Below are positions 63,773 through 64,000 of a stretch of 64,000 nucleotides of DNA, piece after piece. Source of the stretch: an uncultured Bacteroidales bacterium (GTDB lineage Bacteria; Bacteroidota; Bacteroidia; Bacteroidales; P3); NCBI GenBank assembly GCA_900317285.1, contig ONGA01000011.1:4107-68106 (forward strand), given 5' to 3'. Numbering within the stretch: position 1 is the first letter of the stretch; each line of letters opens with the position of its first letter. The notes under the pieces were generated by a model, which saw nothing but the letters and a program-made list of their open reading frames with translations, did no database searches and was not told where the DNA came from. The translations under genes and the position numbers were made by a program.

Positions 63773-64000
63773 ATGAAAGCGTTTCCGAAAATATTGGTTT
63801 GCATAAGCATAATCCTCAGTTTTCAATTCTCAATTCTCAATTCTGCCACAGCGCAGATTACCCATGCCTCGCAGGGGCGCTTGGACGAGAATGCCACCGC
63901 CGCGCTCCAGAAAGCTGCCAAGAAACTCAGCAATGTCAAGTGCACGGTCTCCCTCACCGTCCTCGACTCGAAGAAGAAGGAGATTGCCCGTCAGAGTGCC
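63773..64000 (+). CDS. secreted protein, N-terminal fragment (possibly LolA-like); continues beyond the window
   Basis: Manual translation: MKAFPKILVCISIILSFQFSILNSATAQITHASQGRLDENATAALQKAAKKL.... Not in the track because there is no in-window stop. Confidence 0.5.
   Translation, partial: MKAFPKILVCISIILSFQFSILNSATAQITHASQGRLDENATAALQKAAKKLSNVKCTVSLTVLDSKKKEIARQSA
63819..63844. repeat. TCAATTC heptamer stutter forming part of a signal peptide
   Basis: gttttcaattctcaattctcaattct encodes SFQFSILNS. Confidence 0.8.

Overview
64-kb chromosomal window with the hallmarks of a high-GC3 Bacteroidota genome, probably Bacteroidales and Prevotella-like (inference). Evidence: TAnnTTTG -7 promoter boxes instead of Shine-Dalgarno leaders, lipoprotein-rich gene content, a long NusB, and DUF1573-, DUF4491- and DUF2723-type genes. 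About 52 protein genes. Most are housekeeping: groES/groEL, typA, leuS, nusB, yajC, coaE, pgk, truA, prmA, topB, rpe, rlmI, folE, and nrdDG behind a cobalamin riboswitch. No rRNA, tRNA, CRISPR array, integrase or transposase was seen. Less ordinary content: (1) a tightly coupled minus-strand operon of an OhrR-type MarR, a divergent ferritin-like protein, a 57-aa winged-helix ORF missing from the ORF track, and a radical SAM enzyme, with no function I can assign. (2) A porin / imelysin / di-haem DUF1111 iron-type operon that runs straight into a CcsBA cytochrome c biogenesis gene. (3) A His/Cys-rich small protein in front of a TonB-dependent receptor. (4) An apparently orphan F0 a-subunit gene. 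(5) An OmpA-like protein next to a 1857-aa thioester-less alpha-2-macroglobulin. (6) Most striking at the DNA level: many short-period (7-11 bp) degenerate word-stutter repeats and small palindromic elements. They fill the intergenic regions and also sit in frame inside conserved genes (typA, prmA, truA, ccsA, the A2M gene, an HTH gene, one signal peptide). (7) A 320-bp homopurine, G-quadruplex-rich tract followed by an array of TTACAATTGTAA palindromes upstream of an XRE-type regulator. Many long ORFs in the track are antisense mirrors of real genes, an artefact of high GC3, and were rejected. All family names come from motif recognition by eye; no database search was run.
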